From Calditrichia bacterium (GTDB lineage: Bacteria > Calditrichota > Calditrichia > JAJRVZ01), in the NCBI GenBank assembly GCA_963796965.1, contig CAWCNS010000006.1:128001-192000 (forward strand): a stretch of DNA of 64,000 nt. Reading direction: 5' to 3'. The position numbers and the translations under genes were made by a program. Positions 21,591 through 31,817 of this stretch are shown piece after piece (the stretch's first letter is position 1; each line of letters begins with the position of its first letter). The notes beneath the pieces were generated by a model. The model made no database searches. It was not told the DNA's origin and was given only the letters and a program-made list of their open reading frames with translations.

Positions 21591-22007
21591 ATGACACAAA
21601 AAATACCACTTAGTATGGATGAGATCGAAAAAAAACTTTCATCGTTTCAATTTCCGGAAGTAGATATTGTTATTGGAATAGCCTCAGGAGGTGTTTATCC
21701 GGCTAAAATTATCTCCCAATTACTCAAAAAGCCCAAAAGTATCATCGAGATTAAATTTCGATCTCTTGATAATTCCCCCCTTTATAAAGAACCAAAATTA
21801 ATAAGAAAGGATGTGATATCTGACAATGTAAATCGCATTTTACTGGTGGATGATGTTAGTGTTAGTGGAAAAACAATAAATCTTGCGAAGAATCTTCTTA
21901 AGGGTTATACCATATTTACTTTAGTATTTAAGGGCCACGCAGATTATGTTTTATTTCCTGATATCAACACATGTGTTTCCTGGCCATGGCATATTCAAGA
22001 TAAATAA
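21591..22007 (+). CDS. Type I phosphoribosyltransferase
   Basis: IGIASGG and the PRPP-binding motif ILLVDDVSVSGKT. Confidence 0.8.
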   Translation: MTQKIPLSMDEIEKKLSSFQFPEVDIVIGIASGGVYPAKIISQLLKKPKSIIEIKFRSLDNSPLYKEPKLIRKDVISDNVNRILLVDDVSVSGKTINLAKNLLKGYTIFTLVFKGHADYVLFPDINTCVSWPWHIQDK

Positions 22008-22108
22008 AATTACCGGCGTCTTGTTTTTTTTTGAATTAATGATCGTTTATTGCTATCGTATTACAATTGAATAAATCTTATAGCTAATTTAATTTGGAGG
22101 ATATTAAT

Positions 22109-22360
22109 ATGGATTTAACCAGTTTGATTACATTTCTGCTCATCGGTGCGATTGCTGGTTGGTTGGCTGGCAAGATTATGAAAGGTGGTGGTTTTGGGCT
22201 TATTGGAAATATTGTTATTGGAATAATTGGCGCCCTGATTGGTGGGTTTTTATTTGGATTACTGGGAATCACGGCCGGTGGAATCTTAAGTTCTATTGTT
22301 ATGGCAACAGTCGGTGCTATTGTTCTGCTTTACATTGTAAAATTGATAAAAAAAATATAA
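22109..22360 (+). CDS. GlsB/YeaQ/YmgE family small membrane protein
   Basis: IGAIAGWLAGKIMKGGGFGLIGNIVIGIIGA; GGAGG SD. Confidence 0.9.
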   Translation: MDLTSLITFLLIGAIAGWLAGKIMKGGGFGLIGNIVIGIIGALIGGFLFGLLGITAGGILSSIVMATVGAIVLLYIVKLIKKI

Positions 22361-22610
22361 CCGGATTAGGGTGCCTGCAATATCTGTTTTCTGACACACC
22401 ATCCTTATTATCTTTACCCCAAATCATTATATCTTTTCCATTCATAGCGCAATCATATCAATTAAATTAAATATATTTCTTTGTTTTACTGGGATTTTTA
22501 AAAAACCTGTCGATAAAATAGACATATAAGTATTTTAGTTTACTCGGTTTATCTTGATTTCACCGCTAATTATATAGAGTTAGATTTTAGAATTAACAAA
22601 CTATTTTGAT

Positions 22611-25600
22611 ATGTTTGCATTTATGATTAATAAAAATAAATATAAAAGTTTTCTAACCAGGAAACAGGAAAATAAAAGCCTTGAGATTAACAGAGATGAC
22701 ATTAAACTGTTAAAAAGCCAATTGCTGTATGCGGAGTCGCGGCTTAAAGAGAGCGAAAATAGATATTTATCACTTTTTGAATCATCTCCAGATCCAATTA
22801 TTATCTATTCAAATGGCAAAATTGTTGAATTGAATAAAGCTGCTCTTGATTTTGCTGAAATCGATAATCCCAGCGATCTGCTTGGTCGCTCTGTGATGGA
22901 TTTTGTGCATCCAGATTATAAAGATCTTGCCGCAAATCGACTGAAAATTGTACTTGAAAGTAATAAGGCAACCGGAATGGTCGAAGAGAAATTCATCTCT
23001 GATATGGGAAACGTAAAAGATGTTGAAATTGTTTCTCTTCCTTTTACTTACAATGGGGAAAAAGCTGTACAGGTTGTATTCCGCGACATAACCGAACGGA
23101 AAGAAACTGAGAGCGCTTTAAAAAACAGCGAGCAAAGATTTCGTACACTTGTAGAAAGCACCAGTGATTTTATCTGGGAGGTAGATAAAAATGGTACTTA
23201 TACATATGTAAGTCCACAAATCCAGTCGATCTTGGGCTATTCCCCATCAGAAATTATTGGCAAAACCCCTTTTGATCTCATGACGACTAGTGAGGCTAAA
23301 CGTTTAAAAAAGGTTTTCACTGAACATCTAAAAAGTCGGTCTACACTAAGAAATCTTCAAAATACAAATCTTCATAAAAACGGTAAAAAAATCGTCTTAG
23401 AAACTCATGGCGCTCCCATAATTTCTGATGACGGGAAATTGCTAGGGTATCGGGGAATCGACAGAGATATTAGCGAGAGAAAAGAAACTGAAAAAGCTTT
23501 AATGCAATCTGAAGATAATTTTAAACGATTAGTTGACAATTCTCTTAGCGGCATTTATATCACTCAAAATCATGTCATGAAATATTGTAATCATAAAATG
23601 GCAGAAATTTTTGGATATAATAATCCAGAAGATTTGAATGGTGTACACATTAAAACAATGGTTGCACCAGAAAGCTGGGAGTTGGTCGACAAGGAAGTTA
23701 ATTTCCGTATCTCAGGCAAAAAAGAGACATCTCGGTATGAATTTCTTGGGCAAAAGAAAGATGGATCTTATTTTCACGTTGAGATATTAGGAAGCAGAAT
23801 TATGCTAAATGGAAGCCCTGCCATGCAGGGGACATTGCTTGATATATCCGAGCGTAAAGAGGCAGAGGAAGAATTAAGAAAAAGTGAGGAGCGCTATCAT
23901 CAGTTATTTGATTTTCTTCCATATGGTGGTGAAGTATTAGATACCAAGGGATATATTATCGATTGTAGCCCTAGCTCAACTCATATTTTAGGATATTCAC
24001 GTGATGAACTTATAGGCAAGCATGTCACTGAGTTATTTCACGAAGATTCAATTCCAATTTACAAGGAAAAATTTCCCCAGATTAAAAGCGGTGAATTAAT
24101 AAGTTCTGAACTTAAGGTAATACGAAAAGACGGAAAGATCCTGGATATATTACGTGCTGGACAGCCAATTTTTGACAAGAAGAAAGAAAAGGTTACCGGT
24201 ATTCTTGCCCTTAATATTGATATTACAGAATGGAAACAGGCGATAAGAGAAACCAAACGGTTGGCAACCGTTGTTGAACAGGCCTCTGAAGTTATTGTCA
24301 TTACAGATATAGAAGGTACTATCAACTATGTAAATCCCGCTTTTGAGAAATCAACTGGATATAGGTCTGAAGAAGTTATAGGTCAAAATCCCCGAGTATT
24401 AAAAAGTGGTGTTCAGGATAATTTGTTTTACAAAAATCTATGGGATACGATTCGAAGAGGAGAAATGTGGCAGGGCGTCTTCACAAATAAGCGCAAAAAT
24501 GGTGAAGTATATTATGAAGAAGCTGCTATTTTTCCAATCCGTGATGAAAATGATAAAATTGCTAATTTTGCTGCCATTAAACGAGATATTACTCTTGAAA
24601 GAGAATTAGAACAACAATTAAAGCAGATGCAAAAAATGGAAGCATTAGGTACCCTATCAGGTGGTGTGGCTCATGATTTTAATAATCTTCTGACAATCAT
24701 AAATGGTCACGCTGAAATTGCTCTGTTACATACTTCCAAAGATGCTCGCGTCTATACCGATCTGGCAGCAATTATGAATGCTGGTAAACGTGCTGAAAAT
24801 CTTATCAGTCAGCTCCTCGCCTTTAGCCGAAAACAGTTACATGAGCCAAAAGTTATTGATATTAACCTCCTCATTACCGATCTAAAGAAAATGCTGCTTC
24901 GATTAATCCCAGAGGATATTTCTATTAAAGATATACTGAACCGGGATCTTCCTTATATCAAAGCAGATCACAGTCAAATTGAGCAAATATTAATTAATCT
25001 TGTGGTAAATGCCCGCGACGCTATTAAAGAGAAGAATGATCCCGGCCCGGATAAACATATAACAATTCAAACTTCATTTATTGAACTCAATAATTTATTT
25101 GTTGAATCACATCCTGGCAGTCAACCAGGTTCCCATTTGCTAATGTCGGTAAGTGATACAGGCATTGGTATGGAGGAAAGTGTAAAAAACAGGATATTTG
25201 AGCCATTTTTTACCACAAAAGAAATCGACAAGGGGACAGGATTAGGTTTAGCAACTGTTTATGGGATTGTTAAACAAAATGGCGGCTTCATTGAAGTCGA
25301 TAGCGAAAAGGGAATGGGTACAACCTGTAATATCTACTGGCCTACCACCAAAGATAAACCCTCTCCGGAATTAGCACAGATGCTCAAACACAAGGCATTA
25401 TCCGGATCGGAGACTGTTTTGTTGGTCGAGGATGATGAAGGCGTTCGTGACTTTACTGCTACTACCCTTGAGAATTTTGGGTACAATATCATTCAGGCAG
25501 TGAATGGACAGAAGGCTATTGACATTTTAGAAAAAGATAGACCAAATATCGAACTATTAATAACCGATATAATCATGCCGGAAATGAACGGTCAGGAATT

Positions 25601-25778
25601 AGCTAAAAGACTGGAAAATACTATACCTTTGAATCGTGTGCTTTTTGTATCCGGCTATACTTTTGACCATTTGAGGCGAGACGGTGCACTTGAAGAAGGA
25701 ATTAATTTTCTGCAAAAACCATATTCAATTCATGATATTTTAAGCAAGGTTAGAAACATACTCGATTCCAAAAATTAA
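22611..25778 (+). CDS. Multi-PAS hybrid sensor histidine kinase/receiver
   Basis: About five PAS domains (DITER/DISER linkers), H-box GGVAHDFNN, HATPase (DTGIG, GTGLGL), C-terminal REC domain. Confidence 0.92.
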   Translation: MFAFMINKNKYKSFLTRKQENKSLEINRDDIKLLKSQLLYAESRLKESENRYLSLFESSPDPIIIYSNGKIVELNKAALDFAEIDNPSDLLGRSVMDFVHPDYKDLAANRLKIVLESNKATGMVEEKFISDMGNVKDVEIVSLPFTYNGEKAVQVVFRDITERKETESALKNSEQRFRTLVESTSDFIWEVDKNGTYTYVSPQIQSILGYSPSEIIGKTPFDLMTTSEAKRLKKVFTEHLKSRSTLRNLQNTNLHKNGKKIVLETHGAPIISDDGKLLGYRGIDRDISERKETEKALMQSEDNFKRLVDNSLSGIYITQNHVMKYCNHKMAEIFGYNNPEDLNGVHIKTMVAPESWELVDKEVNFRISGKKETSRYEFLGQKKDGSYFHVEILGSRIMLNGSPAMQGTLLDISERKEAEEELRKSEERYHQLFDFLPYGGEVLDTKGYIIDCSPSSTHILGYSRDELIGKHVTELFHEDSIPIYKEKFPQIKSGELISSELKVIRKDGKILDILRAGQPIFDKKKEKVTGILALNIDITEWKQAIRETKRLATVVEQASEVIVITDIEGTINYVNPAFEKSTGYRSEEVIGQNPRVLKSGVQDNLFYKNLWDTIRRGEMWQGVFTNKRKNGEVYYEEAAIFPIRDENDKIANFAAIKRDITLERELEQQLKQMQKMEALGTLSGGVAHDFNNLLTIINGHAEIALLHTSKDARVYTDLAAIMNAGKRAENLISQLLAFSRKQLHEPKVIDINLLITDLKKMLLRLIPEDISIKDILNRDLPYIKADHSQIEQILINLVVNARDAIKEKNDPGPDKHITIQTSFIELNNLFVESHPGSQPGSHLLMSVSDTGIGMEESVKNRIFEPFFTTKEIDKGTGLGLATVYGIVKQNGGFIEVDSEKGMGTTCNIYWPTTKDKPSPELAQMLKHKALSGSETVLLVEDDEGVRDFTATTLENFGYNIIQAVNGQKAIDILEKDRPNIELLITDIIMPEMNGQELAKRLENTIPLNRVLFVSGYTFDHLRRDGALEEGINFLQKPYSIHDILSKVRNILDSKN

Positions 25779-26080
25779 AATCCCAATAGGTCCTCCAGAA
25801 GATCCATAGGTTAGAAAATGATTGATGTTAGGAATTTCTATATTATCTATATAAAATGAGTTTTCAACAGGACTGCCTCCACGAACTATTAATCCATTAC
25901 TTTGATCGTTAACTTTAGCAACACTTGGCCGGCTCATCACTATCCGATCTACATCGCCCGCAGAACTAAATGCCCACCTAATTTCTTCATGGGAGAAATT
26001 TACGACACTTTATGGTTGTTCATCCTTTTTTACGAAGTACCCACCCCTTATTGATATAGATTCTGTTTCTAGTAAATGGG
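25776..26080 (-). pseudogene. Remnant of a TonB-dependent receptor plug domain
   Basis: SVVNFSHEEIRW..SAGDVDRIVMSRPSVAKVNDQSNGLIVRGGSPVENSFYIDNIEIPNINHF; in-frame stop upstream and no beta-barrel. Confidence 0.7.
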
Positions 26081-26163
26081 GTTATAATTGACCTTTTACA
26101 TGTCCAAACCACAGGCCTGGACCAAAATACCTAAATATCTTATATTATCATTTAGAAAAAAAC

Positions 26164-26192
26164 TTGTAATTTTATTTTTCCATGTTTACCTT
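26164..26192 (+). promoter_or_regulatory. Putative sigma70 promoter of the trp leader
   Basis: TTGTAA-17 bp-TACCTT, about 25 nt before the leader ATG. Confidence 0.35.
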
Positions 26193-26217
26193 TTATTGCG
26201 TTTAAAGAAAGATTCTC

Positions 26218-26301
26218 ATGAAAAAGTCATTGCTCTCTTCATTCAATCATTGGTTTTGGTGGTGCCCGGTAAAGTACGGCAGATGGGATGGTATGAACTA
26301 A
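26218..26301 (+). CDS. Trp attenuator leader peptide MKKSLLSSFNHWFWWCPVKYGRWDGMN
   Basis: 27-aa uORF with WFWW, followed by a terminator, upstream of trpB2. Confidence 0.85.
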   Translation: MKKSLLSSFNHWFWWCPVKYGRWDGMN

Positions 26302-26328
26302 AGAAATCTTCAAACAAATAAACAACCT

Positions 26329-26364
26329 AAACCCGCTGCCTTCAAAGGACAGCGGGTTTTTTTT
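26329..26364 (+). terminator. Attenuator terminator upstream of trpB2
   Basis: AAACCCGCTG...CAGCGGGTTT stem plus T run, ending about 20 nt before the trpB2 ATG. Confidence 0.85.
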
Positions 26365-26384
26365 AACCAATTCTGGAGGTACAC

Positions 26385-27656
26385 ATGGACAAAAAGATTT
26401 TATTAAAAGAGGCGGATATTCCGCAAAATTACTATAATGTTGCGGCCGATTTGCCCTTCCCACTTGATCCCCCCCTACACCCGGCTACAAAAGAACCTGT
26501 TACGCCTGACGATATGTCCCCTATTTTTCCAATGGCTTTAATTGAGCAAGAAATGAGTCCTGTGCGGGATATCCCCATTCCGGACGAAGTGAGGGAGGCT
26601 TATGCTATTTATCGTCCCACGCCTCTTATTCGTGCCACTGGTTTAGAAAAGGCCTTGAACACACCTGCCAAGATTTATTATAAATATGAAGGAGCATCAC
26701 CGGCAGGAAGTCACAAACCGAACACTGCCATTGCACAAGCTTATTATAACAAAAAAGAAGGTACCAAAAAGTTGTTCACAGAAACTGGTGCAGGCCAATG
26801 GGGAAGTGCTCTAGCCTGGGCATGCTCAATTTTTGGATTAGATTGTACGGTATATATGGTACGAATTAGTTATGATCAAAAGCCTTATCGAAAAACTATG
26901 ATAAATATGTATGGAGCCGAGATTTTTCCGTCTCCTTCTGATCGAACTGAAACCGGAAAAAAGATCCTCAGTGAACATCCGGACAGCCCTGGTAGTTTGG
27001 GAATAGCCATCTCTGAAGCTATGGAAGAAACGTTAAAAGATGATAGCGCCAAATATTCCCTCGGAAGTGTTCTTAATCATGTTATGCTCCACCAAACCGT
27101 AATTGGAATTGAAGCAAAAAAACAGATGGAAATTGCTGGAGCCTACCCAGATGTCATTATTGGTTGCCATGGTGGAGGAAGCAATTTTGCCGGCATAGCA
27201 TTTCCGTTTATACCTGATAAAATTAGTGGTAAAGATATAAACTTTATTGCCGTTGAACCTGAATCATGCCCGACTCTCACCAAGGGGAAAATGGAATATG
27301 ATTTTGGAGATAACGCTGGCTTTACACCTCTCCTAAATATGTATACACTTGGTCATAATTTTATTCCACCGGCTATGCACGCTGGAGGTTTGCGCTATCA
27401 TGGAGCATCCCCTCTAGTAAGTGCTTTATTAAAGAACGATTTAATTTCTGCGCAGTCAATATCTATAGAAAAAGCATTTGGCGGGGCACGTTTGTTTACA
27501 AAAACAGAGGGAATTATTCCGGCTCCTGAATCTTCGCATGCGGTTCAAATGGCTATTATGGAGGCTGAGAAGGCCAGAGAAGAAGGAAAGGAAAAGAATA
27601 TTTTATTCAATCTTTCCGGACATGGTTTGTTAGATATGGCTGCCTACGCAGAGTAA
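26385..27656 (+). CDS. trpB2: TrpB2-type tryptophan synthase beta chain (TrpB-like PLP enzyme)
   Basis: [51 protein letters not shown]. Confidence 0.92.
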   Translation: MDKKILLKEADIPQNYYNVAADLPFPLDPPLHPATKEPVTPDDMSPIFPMALIEQEMSPVRDIPIPDEVREAYAIYRPTPLIRATGLEKALNTPAKIYYKYEGASPAGSHKPNTAIAQAYYNKKEGTKKLFTETGAGQWGSALAWACSIFGLDCTVYMVRISYDQKPYRKTMINMYGAEIFPSPSDRTETGKKILSEHPDSPGSLGIAISEAMEETLKDDSAKYSLGSVLNHVMLHQTVIGIEAKKQMEIAGAYPDVIIGCHGGGSNFAGIAFPFIPDKISGKDINFIAVEPESCPTLTKGKMEYDFGDNAGFTPLLNMYTLGHNFIPPAMHAGGLRYHGASPLVSALLKNDLISAQSISIEKAFGGARLFTKTEGIIPAPESSHAVQMAIMEAEKAREEGKEKNILFNLSGHGLLDMAAYAE

Positions 27657-27707
27657 TCTGTCTGTAAGATTAAAAAAGAATACGCTTTTTAGTTTTCTAA
27701 CTACTTA

Positions 27708-27745
27708 AAGTGTCGCCTGTTTTTGAAAAGGGCGGCATTTTTTTT
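27708..27745 (+). terminator. Intrinsic terminator after trpB2
   Basis: TGTCGCC...GGCGGCA stem with T run. Confidence 0.7.
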
Positions 27746-27896
27746 AATCTGAGAATAAAATAAATTTGAATATTGATCAATTTAATGGTATTCCAAGGAA
27801 TAGATCTATTTATATCTGCAGATAATATTTGTATTTGAATCTTTTCTGTTATTATCTTTCACCCGTTATTCGAAAAATTCGAAAGGAGAGATTTGA

Positions 27897-28253
27897 TTGA
27901 AAAACAATGCTTATTTTCATAATCCCCGTTGTCGAAAAAGCCGGGAGGGTATTGATCTGCTCAAGAAGATGGATTTGGATTTTGAGATAATAGAATATTT
28001 ACAGTCTCCCCCATCTGAGGAGGAATTGACAAATATATTAAATCACCTGGAAATGAAACCTCTTACACTAATGCGAACGCAGGAGAAGGTATTTAAAGAA
28101 TTAAATCTTTCAAAAAATGACGTAAGAGATGATGAGGAATGGATTCGCATTATGGTTGAGAATCCAATTCTTATTGAACGACCGATCTTAGTCTACAATG
28201 GCAAGGTTGCATTGGGAAGACCACCTGAAAATTTATTAACTATAATTTTATAA
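27897..28253 (+). CDS. ArsC/Spx-family (glutaredoxin-type arsenate reductase-like) protein
   Basis: HNPRCRKSR, NPILIERPI, GRPPE. Confidence 0.88.
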   Translation: MKNNAYFHNPRCRKSREGIDLLKKMDLDFEIIEYLQSPPSEEELTNILNHLEMKPLTLMRTQEKVFKELNLSKNDVRDDEEWIRIMVENPILIERPILVYNGKVALGRPPENLLTIIL

Positions 28254-28457
28254 CAGGAACAAAATTGAAACTTTAAAATTTTCACCAGTTGTGTAGACTT
28301 GTCATCGATATATTATTTGAGTTGTTTTTTGCCATAAATTGCCTTATTATTTCATGTGCCATTCATGATATAGAGATCAATGAAGTGCAATACTTTTTAT
28401 ATGTAAATATGCAAAGTCTTTTAATTAAATAGTTTTGCTTTATTCAGGAGGAAATTG

Positions 28458-29036
28458 ATGTTAACTATTACTACCCTCGCCGTAACAAAGATCAAAGAAG
28501 CCATTGACAACTATAGTAAACCGGTAGTAGGGATTCGCGCAATTGCACAGGCCAGGTCTCCTTTTCAAATATCATATGGACTTGCCTTTGTTGACGATGA
28601 GACAATAAATAAAAATGATAAAATCACTGATGTCGGAGATATAAAGGTATACATTGAATCAGATCAGGAGCACTACTTTGAAGAGGTTACTCTTGATTAT
28701 GAGGACGGATTATCCGGTACTGGATTTAAATTCACCAATCTTCCTCGAGTACCCAAAAAATATCTTGGTACTCTGGCTGAAAAGGTTGTTAAAGTAATTG
28801 ACGAGGAAATAAATCCAGGTATTGCCAGTCATGGAGGGTTTGTCTCGCTCGTTGATATCAAAGATAATGATGTTGTCATTCAGATGGGTGGTGGCTGTCA
28901 GGGTTGCGGAATGGCTAATGTTACATTGAAAGATGGAATCGAGGTAGCTTTGAAAAATGCTATCCCCGAAATTGGTGCTATATACGATGTTACTGATCAT
29001 GCTGATGGGAAAAACCCTTATTATAAAGGCAGTTAA
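28458..29036 (+). CDS. nfuA: NfuA-type Fe-S biogenesis protein
   Basis: Degenerate A-type carrier N-domain plus a Nfu domain (INPGIASHGG, GGCQGC, DVTDH). Confidence 0.85.
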   Translation: MLTITTLAVTKIKEAIDNYSKPVVGIRAIAQARSPFQISYGLAFVDDETINKNDKITDVGDIKVYIESDQEHYFEEVTLDYEDGLSGTGFKFTNLPRVPKKYLGTLAEKVVKVIDEEINPGIASHGGFVSLVDIKDNDVVIQMGGGCQGCGMANVTLKDGIEVALKNAIPEIGAIYDVTDHADGKNPYYKGS

Positions 29037-29076
29037 AGAAAGCAGCTTTTGCTTTCCAGATTACTTTGGTAAACCA

Positions 29077-30102
29077 ATGTCCCAGGCAGAATATAAAGTT
29101 GCAAAATGGTGGCGAAAAGAAGAAAACGGTAAAATCCGATGCACCCTTTGTCCCCGATATTGCAGAATTGGAACAGGACAAAGTGGATTCTGCTTCATCC
29201 GACAGAATATAGATGGCAAACTTATAACCACAGGTTATGGTCATCCCACTGGTTTTGCTATAGACCCGATTGAAAAAAAACCTCTATCTCATTTTTTCCC
29301 AGGCTCGACTGTTCTGAGTTTTGGTACTGCCGGATGTAATTTGGGATGCCGCTTTTGCCAAAACTGGTCCATAAGCAAAGCCCGTTCAGAAAATCTCCAC
29401 TCTCTTTCTGCGACCCCTGAGCAAGTGATCCAATTAGCCCAAAAACACCAGGCTCCTTCCATTGCTTATACTTACAATGATCCAACTATATTTGGCGAAT
29501 ACGTTATTGACATTTCCAAATTGGCACATGAAGAGAATATTCGTTCAGTCATGGTCACTGCAGGGTATATTGATAAAGAAGCACGAAAGGACGTCTTTAA
29601 ATATATTGATGCTGCTAATGTTGATTTAAAAGCCTTTACTGACCAATTTTATTATGAACTCACTTTCTCTCATCTTAAGAATGTATTGGATACTCTCATT
29701 TGGATTAAACACGAAACCGACATCTGGCTCGAAATTACAACGCTACTAATTCCTGGTGAAAATGATTCAAATGAAGAAATAGCAAAAATGTGTGAATGGA
29801 TTCTTCAAAACCTGGGTGATTCTGTTCCCTTACATTTTACCGCATTTCATCCTGATTTTAAAATGGTTGATAAACCTCGTACCCCTGAATCAACGTTAAA
29901 AGTGGCACGACGTATAGCATTGGATTCAGGAATTTTATATTGCTATGTGGGTAATGTATATGATCGGGATGGCCAGACAACTTATTGTCCTGAGTGTGGA
30001 AAGTCTGTAATCATCAGAGATTGGCATAGTATTATTAAGAATTCTCTCAATAAGAATATATGCCCATCTTGTGGTTATAAGATAGCAGGGATTTTTGATT
30101 AA
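29077..30102 (+). CDS. AmmeMemoRadiSam-system radical SAM enzyme
   Basis: CxLCPRxC, DPIEKKPL, GCNLGCRFCQNW, YTYNDP, NVDLK, C-terminal CxxC pairs; start placed at MSQAEY. Confidence 0.88.
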   Translation: MSQAEYKVAKWWRKEENGKIRCTLCPRYCRIGTGQSGFCFIRQNIDGKLITTGYGHPTGFAIDPIEKKPLSHFFPGSTVLSFGTAGCNLGCRFCQNWSISKARSENLHSLSATPEQVIQLAQKHQAPSIAYTYNDPTIFGEYVIDISKLAHEENIRSVMVTAGYIDKEARKDVFKYIDAANVDLKAFTDQFYYELTFSHLKNVLDTLIWIKHETDIWLEITTLLIPGENDSNEEIAKMCEWILQNLGDSVPLHFTAFHPDFKMVDKPRTPESTLKVARRIALDSGILYCYVGNVYDRDGQTTYCPECGKSVIIRDWHSIIKNSLNKNICPSCGYKIAGIFD

Positions 30103-30141
30103 CAATTATGGATTTGAATAAATCATAATGATCAGATTATT

Positions 30142-30822
30142 TTAGCTGATCTGTTCAACCTCCAGTATTCTAAACGCTTCACTAAATTTATACTTATTTG
30201 ATTCTTTTGAGACTGTATTTTTAATATAATCTTCGATTTTGGAGAAATCTGGAAATTGCGATTTATGACAAGCCAGAAGATCTAATTTTAGTTCAATTTG
30301 ATCAGTAATATCCTCGAAGTGATTTGGATTGTTGGATCCAAAGAAATAAATCTTTTTAACCTGGTGTCGATCTCCTGGATACATATGTAAGTTTTTTGCC
30401 GCAAAACAGGCATCATATACTGCTTCTGAGATAATTCTATGATCACGATGTAATAGATTCAAATTATTAAAATCTCGATTCGCAGGATCGAAACTAAAGA
30501 CTATTTCTGGTTTGTATATTTTTATTATTTCAACCAGCTGCTGGCGCAACTCTTCTGTATAAGTAAGAAAACCATCAATATAATCTAAAAACACCACCTT
30601 TTTGACACCAAGCTTTTGTGCTACCTGTAATTGCTCGCCGACCCTAATGGCAACTCTTTCCTTTGGTGGGATTTGTCCACCGAACTTAAAGCCATTTTCA
30701 CCATTTGTAACTACAATATAAATAATTTCATATCCTCGACCTATCAGTTTTGAAAGTGTACCTGTACTAGTAAATTCAAGATCATCAGGATGTGCGGCAA
30801 AAGCTATAATTGTTTTATTCAA
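30142..30822 (-). CDS. PIG-L family deacetylase
   Basis: AHPDD, TNGE, HRDH, HKSQ motifs. Confidence 0.88.
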   Translation of the reverse strand: MNKTIIAFAAHPDDLEFTSTGTLSKLIGRGYEIIYIVVTNGENGFKFGGQIPPKERVAIRVGEQLQVAQKLGVKKVVFLDYIDGFLTYTEELRQQLVEIIKIYKPEIVFSFDPANRDFNNLNLLHRDHRIISEAVYDACFAAKNLHMYPGDRHQVKKIYFFGSNNPNHFEDITDQIELKLDLLACHKSQFPDFSKIEDYIKNTVSKESNKYKFSEAFRILEVEQIS

Positions 30823-30997
30823 TTAACATTTCCTTTTCAATTCAATTTTAATTTATTCCCACAGTTAAGAACTGATTAATTTGAGAACAGAAAAATAATA
30901 TAATTATTTGGTTAATAGACTTAAACAATAAATTGAAAGTTTTATTCCTATTTAAAATATCTTCTACGTGACTAAAAATCTGATATTTTATTAAAAT

Positions 30998-31031
30998 AAA
31001 AAAAGCGTATCTCTAATTGAAATACGCTTTT
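30998..31031 (-). terminator. Intrinsic terminator after sdhB
   Basis: AAAAGCGTAT...ATACGCTTTT stem with T run on the minus strand. Confidence 0.7.
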
Positions 31032-31053
31032 CGGTTCACTATATAATAGATTG

Positions 31054-31806
31054 TTAAGCCATAGCCTTCATGAACTCTCTTCGCATTCTGGCAATGGATG
31101 TAATCGATATCTCTTTTGGACAGACCGCTTCACATTCACCATGGTTCGAACATGCACCAAATAATTCCTCATCCATTTGGGCTACCATTCTTTCTGCACG
31201 GCGTTTAGCTTCTGGATGTCCTTGAGGTAAGAGAGCAAAATGTGAGATTTTTGCTCCTACAAAAAGAGCGGCTGAGGCATTTGGACATGCAGCTACACAA
31301 GCCCCACACCCAATACAGGCAGCCATATCCATAGCCTCATCTGCATTTTCTTTTTTTACGAGAATGCTTCTTGCCTCAGGAGCACCGCCAGTTCGAACGG
31401 TTATGAATCCCCCTTTAGCTGTAATTCGATCCAGAGCAGTTCGATCAACAACTAGGTCTTTAAGCACAGGAAAAGCCTTTGCCCTCCAGGGTTCAACAAC
31501 AATCGTATCATTATCTTCAAATTCCCGCATTCTCAATTCACAAGTCGTCGTACCACTTCTTGGACCATGCGCAGTACCGTTAATGACAAGACCACACATG
31601 CCGCAGATTCCTTCGCGACAATCATTGTCAAATTCAACCGGATCGCCATCATTATTAATAATATCCTCATTCATAATATCCAACATTTCCAAAAAAGACA
31701 TATCCGGATTAACATCATTAACAGTGTATGACTCAAAACGGCCTTTTGCTTGTTCATTCTCTTGACGCCAAATTTTGAGATGTATTGTTAAATTTTTATT
31801 CTCCAT
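31054..31806 (-). CDS. sdhB: Succinate dehydrogenase/fumarate reductase Fe-S subunit
   Basis: CREGICGMC, CIGCGACVAAC, CSNHGECEAVCP. Confidence 0.93.
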   Translation of the reverse strand: MENKNLTIHLKIWRQENEQAKGRFESYTVNDVNPDMSFLEMLDIMNEDIINNDGDPVEFDNDCREGICGMCGLVINGTAHGPRSGTTTCELRMREFEDNDTIVVEPWRAKAFPVLKDLVVDRTALDRITAKGGFITVRTGGAPEARSILVKKENADEAMDMAACIGCGACVAACPNASAALFVGAKISHFALLPQGHPEAKRRAERMVAQMDEELFGACSNHGECEAVCPKEISITSIARMRREFMKAMA

Positions 31807-31817
31807 TGACCATCTCC

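Noticed and set aside
29077..30102. Radical SAM enzyme as maturase of the small peptides (RiPP)
   Set aside because: It is about 8 kb away beyond sdhCAB and hflX, belongs to the AmmeMemoRadiSam family, and shows no SPASM/RRE features.
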